Below are positions 38,839 through 50,600 of a DNA stretch of 64,000 nucleotides, piece after piece. Position numbers and translations under genes: made by a program. Position 1 is the stretch's first letter. Each line of letters opens with the position of its first letter. Where the stretch lies: assembly GCA_965237675.1 (NCBI GenBank), contig OZ250150.1, positions 4,992,001 through 5,056,000 on the forward strand. The letters are read 5' to 3'. The stretch is from Candidatus Latescibacterota bacterium (lineage in GTDB: Bacteria > Latescibacterota > UBA2968 > GCA-2709665). The notes under the pieces were generated by a model. That model worked only from the letters and a program-made list of their open reading frames with translations. It made no database searches and was not told the DNA's origin.

Positions 38839-41800
38839 CTACCAATTCAGGCGCAGTCCGAACTGGGCCAGACGCGGCGTATGCGCGTACAACCGATCCC
38901 GGCTGTCACCGTAGTTCAGGTAATTCTTGTCGTCCGGTGCCGGTCCATCATTTCCGGTATACGCCCAGATGTTTCTTAGGCTCGAGTGGACGATCCGGTC
39001 CTTCTGGTTGAAAACGTTCCGGATGTCGGCGAACAGCGTGGGTTGCACCCGGCCGGCCACATTGAAGGTTTTCTCAATGGCGAGGTCGGTCCGCGAATCC
39101 AGCGCAAGGTCGCGATAGTACGCGTTTCCGCCTGCGGGCGAGGAGTAGCGGAAGATGCCGCCCGTCTGGATGCGCGACGTTACGTTCAGCCGCAGATTTT
39201 TGAGCACGTTCCCTACAACGGCGTGGCCGAACTCGAAATCATCCGGGAAAGAGGCCAATAGCGAAAAACTCCCGAAGTTCCTGCGGTCGCCGCTTTTGGG
39301 CCGGAAGAAAAGGGTTGTATAGCTGCCCGAGTTGATCTTGACCGTGCAGTTCGCACCGCAATCCGCCAGGGCCGGGCTGTCCACCGGACGCAGGCCGTCC
39401 CACACGCCCGTTCCCAACTGGCCGCCTTTCGCCCGCGAGCCATCGTGGAAACGCTGGCCCATTTGCGAGAATGTAACCAGGTCGTCGCCGGTCAACCTGC
39501 GCGGGGCCTCGCTGCCGTCCGGAAGGGGGTCGAAATAAACCCAGAAATTGGGGACGGTAACGCCTCTTTCGGTGAACGCGTTGGTTGTGGCCAGGTGCAC
39601 CACCGTGGCAGAGTCCATGTAGACGTTGCGGATGACGTTACCCAGTTTACCCGTGGTGATCTGCGACCACTGGTAGTTGTACGACACGTTGAACGCGAAG
39701 TTGTGCGAGAAGGACTTGCGAATGGACATTTCGACGCCGCGCGTGTCGCCGTAGGCGCCGTTGTCCAGGGTCCGCGAATACGGGATCCCGAAGTCCCTGG
39801 GGCCAACCCACGTCTCGTTCGGATAAGACGTGAAGTGGTCCACCTCGCTCTTGTAATACGCGGTTAACGTGGCCGTATAGTCACTCACGAAGTTCCAGTC
39901 GGCCCCCACCTCGAAGGCCGTGGTTTTGGCGGGTTGCAGCAGGTGCAGCCCGTTCTGGCCCGAATAGGTGGTGCGGAAGTTGTTCAGCCGCTCCGTGGCG
40001 TCGATCCGACCGTTTTCGTTCACGTCCCTGTCGCCGGCATCGCCGGACGTCCAGTAGTCTTCCCCGAAATAATACCAGAGGTCGGCCCATTGGAGGAACA
40101 CACCCGTGGAGAACCGCATCTGCGAACGCTCCGTGATCGGATGCGACACGCCGATCCGGGGGCTGAACTTCACGTGCCACGGCGCATCGGTGACCCAGAG
40201 CGAGCCCTCCTGGTACGCCCAGTCCCGAGCACGGGTGTAATAGCGGAACATCGAACTCCCCCGAAACGCTCCAAAGGTCAACTGGCGGGAGTTCGGATTG
40301 AACGTGTCGAGGCGGACGCCCAGGTTCACGATCATCCCCTGGAACTCCATTTTATCCTGGAGGTAGGCGTTAAGGAAGAAGGGTTTCACCTTCTCGCCGA
40401 TCTGGCCCTCGTCCACGATCAGCCGCAGATTCCGGGCGGCCGGGGTTGTATCGTACCGGAATATCATTGTGATGGCGCTGGTCTGGTACTCGACCCCCGC
40501 CTTCAGGAAGTTCCCCTTGGTGACCTGCGACGACAGATCGACCTTGGCCCCGATGCGCTGCCGGTCGGACTGGCCCCATCGGGCGGCCTGGCGGCCGATG
40601 CTGAACCACGCGGCCTGATCCCGGTGGATTTCCTTTGAAATGTCGTGCGTGCCGCTGACCGTATCCATTTTTGACCGGGAATGCGAAAGCCGCACTTCGT
40701 AGAACGTCCTCGGGGACAGCGTGTGCGTAAGCACCGCGTATTGCAGTTCTTCCTTGAGGTTGTGCAGTCCCGCGGCGGACCACTGCTCGGGCAGGAACAG
40801 GTCGCGGCCATCCCCACGCCTAAACGCGCCGCCGCCGCCGCCATGACGCCCGCCGAAGAGGTCCGGATTGCCGTTCGAATACCAGTCCCAACCCAGGTAC
40901 AGGCCGCCCAACTTCAACTTCAGGTTGGCCGTTGGCTTGATCGTGATGCTTCCCGAAACGTTGATGTTGCCCGGATCGTCCTGAAAGCTCCCGCGGTCAT
41001 TGTAGAACCCGATCCGCTCCGCGCGCGGCGTTGCGGCCGCATAACGGTCGTGCTTGGCCGTGACCACGAACGACGCCTTGTCTCCGATCGGGCCGGACAC
41101 GTTGCCCTCAACGCCGAAACCGACCCATTCCGTGTAGTTCGTCCGGACGTGGATGAGTTCGCCCGCCAGTTCCTCGAAAATGGGATCGTTGATCTGACCG
41201 GAGAGATCCGGCCACTTCTCATTGGCCCAAATCGGGTCGTCCCAATTCACCTTGTCCTGATGCTGCGGCGAATCGTACACGTTCTCGCCCCAGTGCTTCT
41301 TGCCTGCGGGTTCGTAACGGAATTCGCCCCAACCATTCAGCTCACCGCCGCCTTCTTTGGTTATGATTTGAACCACACCGCCCTGGGCATTGCCGTATTC
41401 GGCGGGGGTCACCCCCGTGAGCACGGACAATTCCTGGATGGCGCCGCGGTTCACGCTGCGGAACCGGCCGCCGCGACCACGACCGTCGTTGTGGTTCATT
41501 CGTACGCCGTCCACCACGTATGCCACGTCGCTTGCGTACCAGCCGGCATCGACGTAGGCGCCGCGAATCCGGTTGGATCCGTCAACGGCCACGCCCGGCT
41601 GCAACTGCAGCAACTCCGAGGTCCGGCGGGCCGACGCCAGGTTCCGCTCGGTTTCTTCGAGAGAAATCGTGTATTTACTGGTGGTCTTATCCGGCTCCAC
41701 CAGGGGACGGCCGGCCGTCACCACCAACTCGCCCAGTTCCAGGGCGGTCTCTTTCAGGTTGTAGTTAATGGTGGTGGTATGGTCCACGCTGATCTGAACG

Positions 41801-42075
41801 CCGGTCTGCGACACGGTCTCGTAACCGATCAGCGATGCCGAGAGGGTGTAGACACCCGGCGAAATATTGATGATGACATAATATCCGTCGGCATCCGCCG
41901 TGGAACCCAGATTCAGTTCCTTGATCACGACGTTGGCTCCGGGAAGGACTTCCCCTGCCTGGTCACGCACAACGCCGTTGAGCTTGCCGGTGACACCCGC
42001 GTGCAGATCGGCCGTGGCGAAACACCCCGCCGCTACGGCAACTGCAACACCAAAAAACAGAAGCTTACGCTTCAT
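38839..42075 (-). CDS. TonB-dependent receptor with carboxypeptidase regulatory-like N-terminal domain
   Basis: TGKLNGVVRD...LPGANV, AEYGNAQGGVV.IITKEG plug, YLQDKMEF, SPRIGVSHPIT, C-terminal PRL..FGLRLNW. Confidence 0.92.
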   Translation of the reverse strand: MKRKLLFFGVAVAVAAGCFATADLHAGVTGKLNGVVRDQAGEVLPGANVVIKELNLGSTADADGYYVIINISPGVYTLSASLIGYETVSQTGVQISVDHTTTINYNLKETALELGELVVTAGRPLVEPDKTTSKYTISLEETERNLASARRTSELLQLQPGVAVDGSNRIRGAYVDAGWYASDVAYVVDGVRMNHNDGRGRGGRFRSVNRGAIQELSVLTGVTPAEYGNAQGGVVQIITKEGGGELNGWGEFRYEPAGKKHWGENVYDSPQHQDKVNWDDPIWANEKWPDLSGQINDPIFEELAGELIHVRTNYTEWVGFGVEGNVSGPIGDKASFVVTAKHDRYAAATPRAERIGFYNDRGSFQDDPGNINVSGSITIKPTANLKLKLGGLYLGWDWYSNGNPDLFGGRHGGGGGAFRRGDGRDLFLPEQWSAAGLHNLKEELQYAVLTHTLSPRTFYEVRLSHSRSKMDTVSGTHDISKEIHRDQAAWFSIGRQAARWGQSDRQRIGAKVDLSSQVTKGNFLKAGVEYQTSAITMIFRYDTTPAARNLRLIVDEGQIGEKVKPFFLNAYLQDKMEFQGMIVNLGVRLDTFNPNSRQLTFGAFRGSSMFRYYTRARDWAYQEGSLWVTDAPWHVKFSPRIGVSHPITERSQMRFSTGVFLQWADLWYYFGEDYWTSGDAGDRDVNENGRIDATERLNNFRTTYSGQNGLHLLQPAKTTAFEVGADWNFVSDYTATLTAYYKSEVDHFTSYPNETWVGPRDFGIPYSRTLDNGAYGDTRGVEMSIRKSFSHNFAFNVSYNYQWSQITTGKLGNVIRNVYMDSATVVHLATTNAFTERGVTVPNFWVYFDPLPDGSEAPRRLTGDDLVTFSQMGQRFHDGSRAKGGQLGTGVWDGLRPVDSPALADCGANCTVKINSGSYTTLFFRPKSGDRRNFGSFSLLASFPDDFEFGHAVVGNVLKNLRLNVTSRIQTGGIFRYSSPAGGNAYYRDLALDSRTDLAIEKTFNVAGRVQPTLFADIRNVFNQKDRIVHSSLRNIWAYTGNDGPAPDDKNYLNYGDSRDRLYAHTPRLAQFGLRLNW

Positions 42076-42119
42076 TGTGATACCCCCTTCGTTGAGTTTT
42101 TACCCCGGCTGCCGGAAAA

Positions 42120-42839
42120 TTACCGCCAGAAGTAAATCTTAAACTGGGCGCCGACGTCGACCATGTGAATGGGCCGCACCTTCTCCAGTCCATAGAACAG
42201 CATATTGCGCAATTCGCCCACAACAAAGCTATAGCGCGCGCGCAGGTCGACGGCCAGGTTCTGCGTTACGAAGCCCTCGACACCGAAGCCGGCATTGGCG
42301 CCGATGGTGTATCGCTGATCGATCTGGTCTTCCATGACAAAGTCCAGGTCGATCGGATCGTTCGTCTGGCGGGAATACACCAGGTTGCTGTTGATGGCGT
42401 TGTAACGATACAGGCCGCCGCCAACGAGGAAATAATACCGATAATCCCTGGCCTTGAACCCGTGCATGGCATTCTCTTCGCCAACGAAAAGCAGGCCGTT
42501 CACGATCAGATTATTCCACGTGATTTCGGACTTGCCGTCCGGGTGCGGGTATTCCTGCTGGTCGATCGGGTAGATCCAGGGCTCGGACGCCGGTTTCCCG
42601 TTGGTGAACTTCGAGTAGTTGTACTCGATTTCAATAACGGTGCGCTGGCTGGCTACGTAGCTAATCGTTGCCCCGTATTTGCCCGTGGCGCCCCAGCGCT
42701 CGCCGAGCCGAAGCATCGGGATGTTGTAATCGGCGATCCCGCCGACTGCCCATCTACCTTCCTGAGCCAGTGCGCTGTCGGACAGACCCGCTGCCACCAG
42801 CACAAAAACAGCCAGAAAAGCAAAACGCACAACTTTCAT
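42120..42839 (-). CDS. Outer-membrane beta-barrel protein
   Basis: Signal peptide (ALAQE), YFLVGGG, GANAGFGVE, DLRARY, aromatic C-terminus; GGAGG RBS. Confidence 0.75.
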   Translation of the reverse strand: MKVVRFAFLAVFVLVAAGLSDSALAQEGRWAVGGIADYNIPMLRLGERWGATGKYGATISYVASQRTVIEIEYNYSKFTNGKPASEPWIYPIDQQEYPHPDGKSEITWNNLIVNGLLFVGEENAMHGFKARDYRYYFLVGGGLYRYNAINSNLVYSRQTNDPIDLDFVMEDQIDQRYTIGANAGFGVEGFVTQNLAVDLRARYSFVVGELRNMLFYGLEKVRPIHMVDVGAQFKIYFWR

Positions 42840-43488
42840 CTACTCACCTCCCTCTTGAGAGTGAATAATGCGGAAACTCCCCTCCGCCCTTCCCCTCGTC
42901 CCTCGAACGAAATTTGCGAAGCGGACTCCTTTTCTTTCGATAGACGACCTCCTCTCTTAAAAAAAAGCTGTTAGCCATCAGCATTCAGCGGTCAGCCTTC
43001 ACTGCCCTCCCCCTCCAAAGGCCAAGACCAGAGACGGAAGACAAAAGAAAGCGGTTAGCCCCCCAAACAGCCCACCCCCGTGATAGAAATTCGAAGACGC
43101 AAGCGATTCGGGATTAAAAAATTTAACATGGATATACAGAATAAACAAGATCAATTCGAAACCAGTCGGTCAATGCAACGCTTCGGAAAATCCAGCAGAA
43201 TTTGAAGCTCAACTTTCCAACAACCCTAATACACCTCAATCCCCCCGGCGCACCATAAAACAGTTCTTTAGCGAACGATCAGTTGGATCCCGCCCATCCA
43301 CGAAACCTGGGGTCTTGCATGCCTGGCAAAACAAAAAAGGGCATAATTGCACATGAAAGCATCATGCCGATTACGCCCCGGGCTTCACCAAACATTGGCC
43401 TATAATATAAACAATGCATATAAAAAAACCGTTTAAACCCCGAGGTTAACAGATGACACACTACGCCCTGTTTTCACTGAATCCATAA

Positions 43489-43517
43489 AATTTAATTGGC
43501 CCAATTGAATTTGTCAA
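43489..43517 (-). promoter_or_regulatory. Near-consensus sigma70 promoter with an overlapping palindrome
   Basis: TTGACA-17 nt-TAAATT on the minus strand, A-tract upstream; AATTGGCCCAATT palindrome at 43494-43506. Confidence 0.7.
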
Positions 43518-43757
43518 GTTTTTTTTCGGCCACAATTGATGATCTCGCCCGGTAATCCGAGATCGACTCACTTCCAGACCGGCTGTCCAGGTTGAATCAG
43601 GCTAGCCTGAGTATCTTGAGTATCTTAATGATTGCCCATATGTTGGCGTCGCGTCGTGCGGAGGAAAGGGCCAAGTTGCGTCCGAACGACCAGGCGCTTC
43701 CGAAATTATTGAGATACCCACATGCCAACTGCAAGGTGGTCAATGTTTTCTACAGGC

Positions 43758-44567
43758 CTATTTCAATAACAACATCCGCTGGATCGCCGAGTAACTGCCC
43801 GCCTGAATTCGATAGAGGTACACGCCGCTGGCAACCTGGCGACCACGTTCATCGGACCCATCCCAGGTAGCCTTGAAGAAACCGGCTTCCATTCTTTCAT
43901 TCACCAGAACCCGCACCTCCTGGCCAAGTATATTGTACACCACGAGGCGTACCCAACCAGCATCAGGAAGCCGGTACCCTATTACTGTGGACGGATTGAA
44001 CGGATTCGGCGCGTTCCGATCCAGACCGTAGGCATCGGGGAGTGGCTTCATGTCTCCGATTTCCACGTGGGTCAACGGTTCAATCGCTCCGTCCAGACCG
44101 ACCAGTACGCTTTCCGAGACGCGAAAATCCTCCGCCGACGGCGTCACGCTCGTCTTGAAGACGAGGTCCAGAAGATTACCCTCTCCTGAGGCGCCATTGC
44201 CGTCAAACTTCATCGCGCCGACTTCCAATTTACCCTGTGTCCGATTTGAGGCCATAAAAAGTGTCTCCTGATCGGAACCGGTCTTGAGCAGATTGCGGCC
44301 CAGTTCCGTCGCTTCGACGAATTCATACTTGCCCTCATCGTATTCCAGCAGAAACCCGTATCCCTTTATGTCGCGGACTTGGGATATGGCGACTCGCACA
44401 ATCAGAATTCCCGTATCGTGTGCGGAATCGTCGCGCCGCTCCAGCGTGAGTTTAGCCAACGCGTTTGGACCACCGGTAACGGTAAGGCCCCTGGTCATCT
44501 CTCCCGCCAATAGTGGGACGGTCAAGACGAACACAAAACAAAGGATTGCGACAACATGCTTCTTCAT
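43758..44567 (-). CDS. Signal peptide + cohesin-like domain + FlgD/T9SS type-A C-terminal domain
   Basis: IKGYGFLLEYD...EFV...ASGEGNLLDLVFK (cohesin-like); NAPNPFNPST...YNILGQEVRVLV...WDG...VASGVYLY...MLLLK (CTD); AAGGAGG RBS. Confidence 0.82.
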   Translation of the reverse strand: MKKHVVAILCFVFVLTVPLLAGEMTRGLTVTGGPNALAKLTLERRDDSAHDTGILIVRVAISQVRDIKGYGFLLEYDEGKYEFVEATELGRNLLKTGSDQETLFMASNRTQGKLEVGAMKFDGNGASGEGNLLDLVFKTSVTPSAEDFRVSESVLVGLDGAIEPLTHVEIGDMKPLPDAYGLDRNAPNPFNPSTVIGYRLPDAGWVRLVVYNILGQEVRVLVNERMEAGFFKATWDGSDERGRQVASGVYLYRIQAGSYSAIQRMLLLK

Positions 44568-44689
44568 AGCTACCTCCTTGAGAATCGTCACGTCTGGGGT
44601 GACGACCTGAGTTACGTGATCATTAAACGTCTCGGCCTTGTCGTTAAAGGACGGACCATTGGTAGGTTCACACGAAGTGAGGTGAATCG

Positions 44690-47600
44690 CTATTCTGAAC
44701 TATCACCAGATTCGCTGCTTCCGCTTCTCGAAGACGAGTCGCGTTCAATGTGGCGAGTGAGAATGACCATGTCAGCGAAATTAATGACCCCGTCGCGATT
44801 CAAATCCATCCTGGGGTCGAACCCTGAATCCGACGAACTCAGCCCGGATTTCTTATTGAACATGGCTGCGTCGTCTGCGTCGGTTCTACCGTCGCGATTG
44901 AAGTCACCCGACGAAATTGTTATCATAAATAGACGTGATGCCGTCCTGCCATCGTGATCTGTCACGTTCACGGTCACGTAGAAATTGCCGCTTTCCGTTG
45001 GCGTCCCAGAAATATCTCCTGACGAAGAAATACTCAATCCGGACGGCGCATCGGACAATGAATAGCTGTAGGATGTAACACCGCCGGATACATCGACGGA
45101 TATGACGTCAATCCCGGCGTTCAATTCCCCAAATGCATCGTTGATCGGAGCAATAAACAAGGGTTCCGCAACCCGCATTGTGAAAGATCTCGCTGCCGAG
45201 TAGTCGTCGTCGTCAGTGACGGTCACGTTCATGGTGAAATTACCAATCGACGAGGGTGTGCCCGAAATCAACCCACCTGAAGAAATGGCAAGACCCGAGC
45301 CGGACGTGCCCGAAAGCGAATAGGAATATGGCGTTGTGCCCCCGGAGGCGCTTACTTGTATAGATGAAATAGCCTCGCCTTTCGATGCCACCACGTTGGA
45401 AATCGCTGAAACGGACACCGGCGAAATCACCCTAACATTGAACGACTCATCGTCGGTCGCACCCTGCTTGTCCGTTGCGGTCACAGTCACCACATTTGAC
45501 GTGAGTGGACCCTGCGCTGTACCGCTGATAGCCCCTGTGGAACTATTAACCGATACCCAGGACGGCCCGCTCTTCTTGCTATATCTGATCGGCGTACAAC
45601 CTCCTGATGCCGACGCTGTTCTTGATGGCATCGTCTGACCGGCCTTAACCGTAACGTCTACGATATCGTTGACGGATAACGAAGTCGCACCTAAAACCTT
45701 TATGTCAAACGACTCATCGTCGATCTGACCCAAATTGCCCGTAGCCAGCACCGCCACCGTATAGTTCCCGCAAGCAGCAGAACTCGGCACCGTTCCCGTA
45801 ATGCTGCCGTTCGAGGCAACCCTGATCCAAGACGGGCCGCTCTTCTTCGTAAACGTGATCGGCGTACATCCTCCCGACGCGGTCGGCGTGACATTGATAG
45901 ATCCGTCCGGCGACTTCGTCATGTTCGAGATCGACCCGATGGCAAGCGTCGCACCCGGAACGGTGATGGTGAAGGATGTTTCGCAGGTCATCCCGTCTCT
46001 GTCGGTCGCCTTGACGACTACCGTGTAACTGTTGCATCTGGCCGAAGTCGGTACCGTGCCGGTGATCCTGCCACCGGAGGACACACTGATCCACGACGGG
46101 CCGCTCTTCTTCGTAAATGTGATCGGCGTGCACCCACCCGTCGTTGTGGCCGTGATGTCGATCGAACCACCCGCCGCCTTCGTCACGTCCGGGATTGACC
46201 CGCAGGTGAGCGTCGCACCCGGAACGGTGATGGTGAAGGATGTTTCGCAGGTCATCCCGTCTCTGTCGGTCGCCTTGACGACTACCGTGTAACTGTTGCA
46301 TCTGGCCGAAGTCGGTACCGTGCCGGTGATCCTGCCACCGGAGGACACACTGATCCACGACGGGCCGCTCTTCTTCGTAAATGTGATCGGCGTGCACCCA
46401 CCCGTCGTTGTGGCCGTGATGTCGATCGAACCACCCGCCGCCTTCGTCACGTCCGGGATTGACCCGCAGGTGAGCGTCGCACCCGGAACGGTGATGGTGA
46501 AGGATGTTTCGCAGGTCATCCCGTCTCTGTCGGTCGCCTTCACGACTACCGTGTAACTGTTGCATCTGGCCGAAGTCGGTACCGTGCCGGTGATCCTGCC
46601 GCCGGAGGACACACTGATCCACGACGGGCCGCTCTTCTTCGTAAATGTGATCGGCGTGCACCCACCCGTCGTTGTGGCCGTGATGTCGATCGAACCACCC
46701 GCCGCCTTCGTCACGTCCGGGATTGACCCGCAGGTGAGCGTCGCACCCGGAACGGTGATGGTGAAGGATGTTTCGCAGGTCATCCCGTCTCTGTCGGTCG
46801 CCTTCACGACTACCGTGTAACTGTTGCATCTGGCCGAAGTCGGTACCGTGCCGGTGATCCTGCCGCCGGAGGACACACTGATCCACGACGGGCCGCTCTT
46901 CTTCGTGAACGTCTTCGTCCCGCACCCACCGGATGTTGTGGCCGTGATGTCGATGGACGCGCCCGCCGCCTTCGTCATGTTCGAGATCGACCCGCAAGTA
47001 AGCGTCGCACCCGGAACGGTGATGGTGAAGGATGCTTCGCAGGTCATCCCGTCTCTGTCGGTCGCCTTGACGACTACCGTGTAACTGTTGCATCTGGCCG
47101 AAGTCGGTACCGTGCCGGTGATCCTGCCACCGGAGGACACACTGATCCACGACGGGCCGCTCTTCTTCGTAAATGTGATCGGCGTGCACCCACCCGTCGT
47201 TGTGGCCGTGATGTCGATCGAACCACCCGCCGCCTTCGTCACGTCCGGGATTGACCCGCAGGTGAGCGTCGCACCCGGAACGGTGATGGTGAAGGATGTT
47301 TCGCAGGTCATCCCGTCTCTGTCGGTCGCCTTCACGACTACCGTGTAACTGTTGCATCTGGCCGAAGTCGGTACCGTGCCGGTGATCCTGCCGCCGGAGG
47401 ACACACTGATCCACGACGGGCCGCTCTTCTTCGTAAATGTGATCGGCGTGCACCCACCCGTCGTTGTGGCCGTGATGTCGATCGAACCACCCGCCGCCTT
47501 CGTCACGTCCGGGATTGACCCGCAGGTGAGCGTCGCACCCGGAACGGTGATGGTGAAGGATGTTTCGCAGGTCATCCCGTCTCTGTCGGTCGCCTTCACG

Positions 47601-50600
47601 ACTACCGTGTAACTGTTGCATCTGGCCGAAGTCGGTACCGTGCCGGTGATCCTGCCGCCGGAGGACACACTGATCCACGACGGGCCGCTCTTCTTCGTGA
47701 ACGTCTTCGTCCCGCACCCACCGGATGTTGTGGCCGTGATGTCGATGGACGCGCCCGCCGCCTTCGTCATGTTCGAGATCGACCCGCAAGTAAGCGTCGC
47801 ACCCGGAACGGTGATGGTGAAGGATGCTTCGCAGGTCTTCCCGTCTCTGTCGGTCGCCTTCACGACTACCGTGTAATTGTTGCACCTGGCCGAAGTTGGT
47901 ACCGTCCCGGTGATGCTTCCGCCATCGGACACACTGACCCACGACGGACCGCTCTTCTTTGTAAACGTCTTCGTCCCGCACCCACCGGATGCGGTGGCCG
48001 TGACGTCGATGGACGCGCCCGCCGCCTTCGTCATGTTCGAGATCGACCCGCAGGTAAGCGTCGCACCCGGAACGGTGATGGTGAATGACTCTTCGTCGGT
48101 ATTCCCGTTCCCGTCGGTCACCTTCACCGTCACCGTGGGACTGCTGCACCTGGCCGAAGTTGGTACCGTCCCGGTGATCCTGCCGCCGGAGGACACACTG
48201 ACCCACGATGGACCGCTCTTCTTCGTGAACGTCTTCGTCCCGCACCCACCGGATGCGCTCGACGAGACATTGATCGAACCACCCGGCGACGCCGTCACGT
48301 CGTCGATATCCTCGACCGCAAGCGCCTCGCCAGAAACCGTGATCATAAACGATGCGTCCGCGGTCGCACCCTGCGCGTCCGTCGCCGTCACCGTCACCGT
48401 AAAGCTCTCGCAACCCGCTGTACCCGGCACCGTCCCCGTGATGCTGCCGTCCGACGCCACGCTGATCCACGAAGGCGTATCGCTGCCGGTCTTCTTCGTA
48501 AACGCGACCGGCGTGCATCCGCCCGTCGCGCTCGACGAGACATTGATCGAACCACCCGGCGACGCCGTCACGTCGTCAATATCCTCGACCGCAAGCGCCT
48601 CGCCAGAAACCGTGATCATAAACGATGCGTCCGCGGTCGCACCCTGCGCGTCCGTGGCCGTCAACGTCACCGTAAAGCTCTCGCAACCCGCTGTACCCGG
48701 CACCGTCCCCGTGATGCTGCCGTCCGACGCCACGCTGATCCACGAAGGCGTATCGCTGCCGGTCTTCTTCGTAAACGCGACCGGCGTGCATCCGCCCGTC
48801 GCACTCGACGTGATATTGATGGAGCCGCCAGGTGACGCCGTCACGTCGTCAATATCCTCGACCGCAAGCACTTCGCTCGAAACCGTGATCATAAACGACG
48901 CGTCGGCGGTCGCACCTTGCGCGTCCGTGGCCGTCAACGTCACCGTAAAACTCTCGCAACCCGCTGAACTCGGTACCGTTCCCGTGATGCTGCCGTCCGA
49001 CGCAACGCTGATCCACGACGGCGTATCACTTCCTGGCTTCTTCGCAAACGTGATCGGCGTGCACCCGCCCGTCGCACTCGACGTGATATTGATGGAGCCG
49101 CCAGGTGACGCCGTCACGTCGTCAAGGTCATCGATCGCAAGCGCCTCGCTCGAAACCGTGATCGCGAACGACGCGTCGGCGGTCGCACCCTGTGCGTCCG
49201 TGGCCGTCACCGTCACCGTAAAACTCTCGCAACCCGCTGAACTCGGTACCGTTCCCGTGATGCTGCCGTCCGACGCGACACTGATCCACGACGGCGTATC
49301 ACTGCCGGTCTTCTTCGAAAACGTGATCGGCGTGCATCCACCACTCGCGCTCGACGTGATATTGATCGAGCCGCCAGGAGACGCCGGCACGTCGTCGATA
49401 TTATCGACCGCAAGCGCCTCGCCCGTAACCGTGATCATAAACGACGCGTCGGCGGTTGCACCCTGCGCGTCCGTCGCCGTCACCGTCACCGTAAAACTCT
49501 CGCAACCAGTTGAACTCGGCACCGTTCCCGTGATGCTGCCGTCCGACGCGACACTGATCCACGACGGCGTATCACTGCCGGTCTTCTTCGAAAACGTGAT
49601 CGGCGTGCATCCACCACTCGCGCTCGACGTGATATTGATCGAGCCGCCAGGAGACGCCGGCACGTCGTCGATATTATCGACCGCAAGCGCCTCGCCCGTA
49701 ACCGTGATCGCGAACGACGCGTCGGCGGTCGCACCCTGCGCGTCCGTCGCCGTCACCGTCACCGTAAAACTCTCGCAACCAGTTGAACTCGGCACCGTTC
49801 CCGTGATGCTGCCGTCCGACGCGACACTGATCCACGACGGCGTATCACTGCCGGTCTTCTTCGAAAACGTGATCGGCGTGCATCCACCACTCGCGCTCGA
49901 CGTGATATTGATCGAGCCGCCAGGAGACGCCGGCACGTCGTCGATATTATCGACCGCAAGCGCCTCGCCCGTAACCGTGATCGCGAACGACGCGTCGGCG
50001 GTCGCACCCTGCGCGTCCGTCGCCGTCACCGTCACCGTAAAACTCTCGCAACCAGTTGAAGCCGGCACCGTTCCCGTGATGCTGCCGTCCGACGCGACAC
50101 TGATCCACGACGGCGTATCACTGCCGGTCTTCTTCGAAAACGTGATCGGCGTGCATCCACCACTCGCGCTCGACGTGATATTGATCGAGCCGCCAGGAGA
50201 CGCCGGCACGTCGTCGATATTATCGACCGCAAGCGCCTCGCCCGTAACCGTGATCATAAACGACGCGTCGGCGGTTGCACCCTGCGCGTCCGTCGCCGTC
50301 ACCGTCACCGTAAAACTCTCGCAACCAGTTGAAGCCGGCACCGTTCCCGTGATGCTGCCGTCCGACGCGACACTGATCCACGACGGCGTATCACTGCCGG
50401 TCTTCTTCGAAAACGTGATCGGCGTGCATCCACCACTCGCGCTCGACGTGATATTGATCGAGCCGCCAGGAGACGCCGGCACGTCGTCGATATTATCGAC
50501 CGCAAGCGCCTCGCCCGTAACCGTGATCATAAACGACGCGTCGGCGGTTGCACCCTGCGCGTCCGTCGCCGTCACCGTCACCGTAAAACTCTCGCAACCA

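Noticed and set aside
45714-48518. 934-aa alternative-frame His/Arg-rich ORF
   Set aside because: Off-frame reading of the repeats; stops are absent only because the unit is repeated; no RBS or domain evidence
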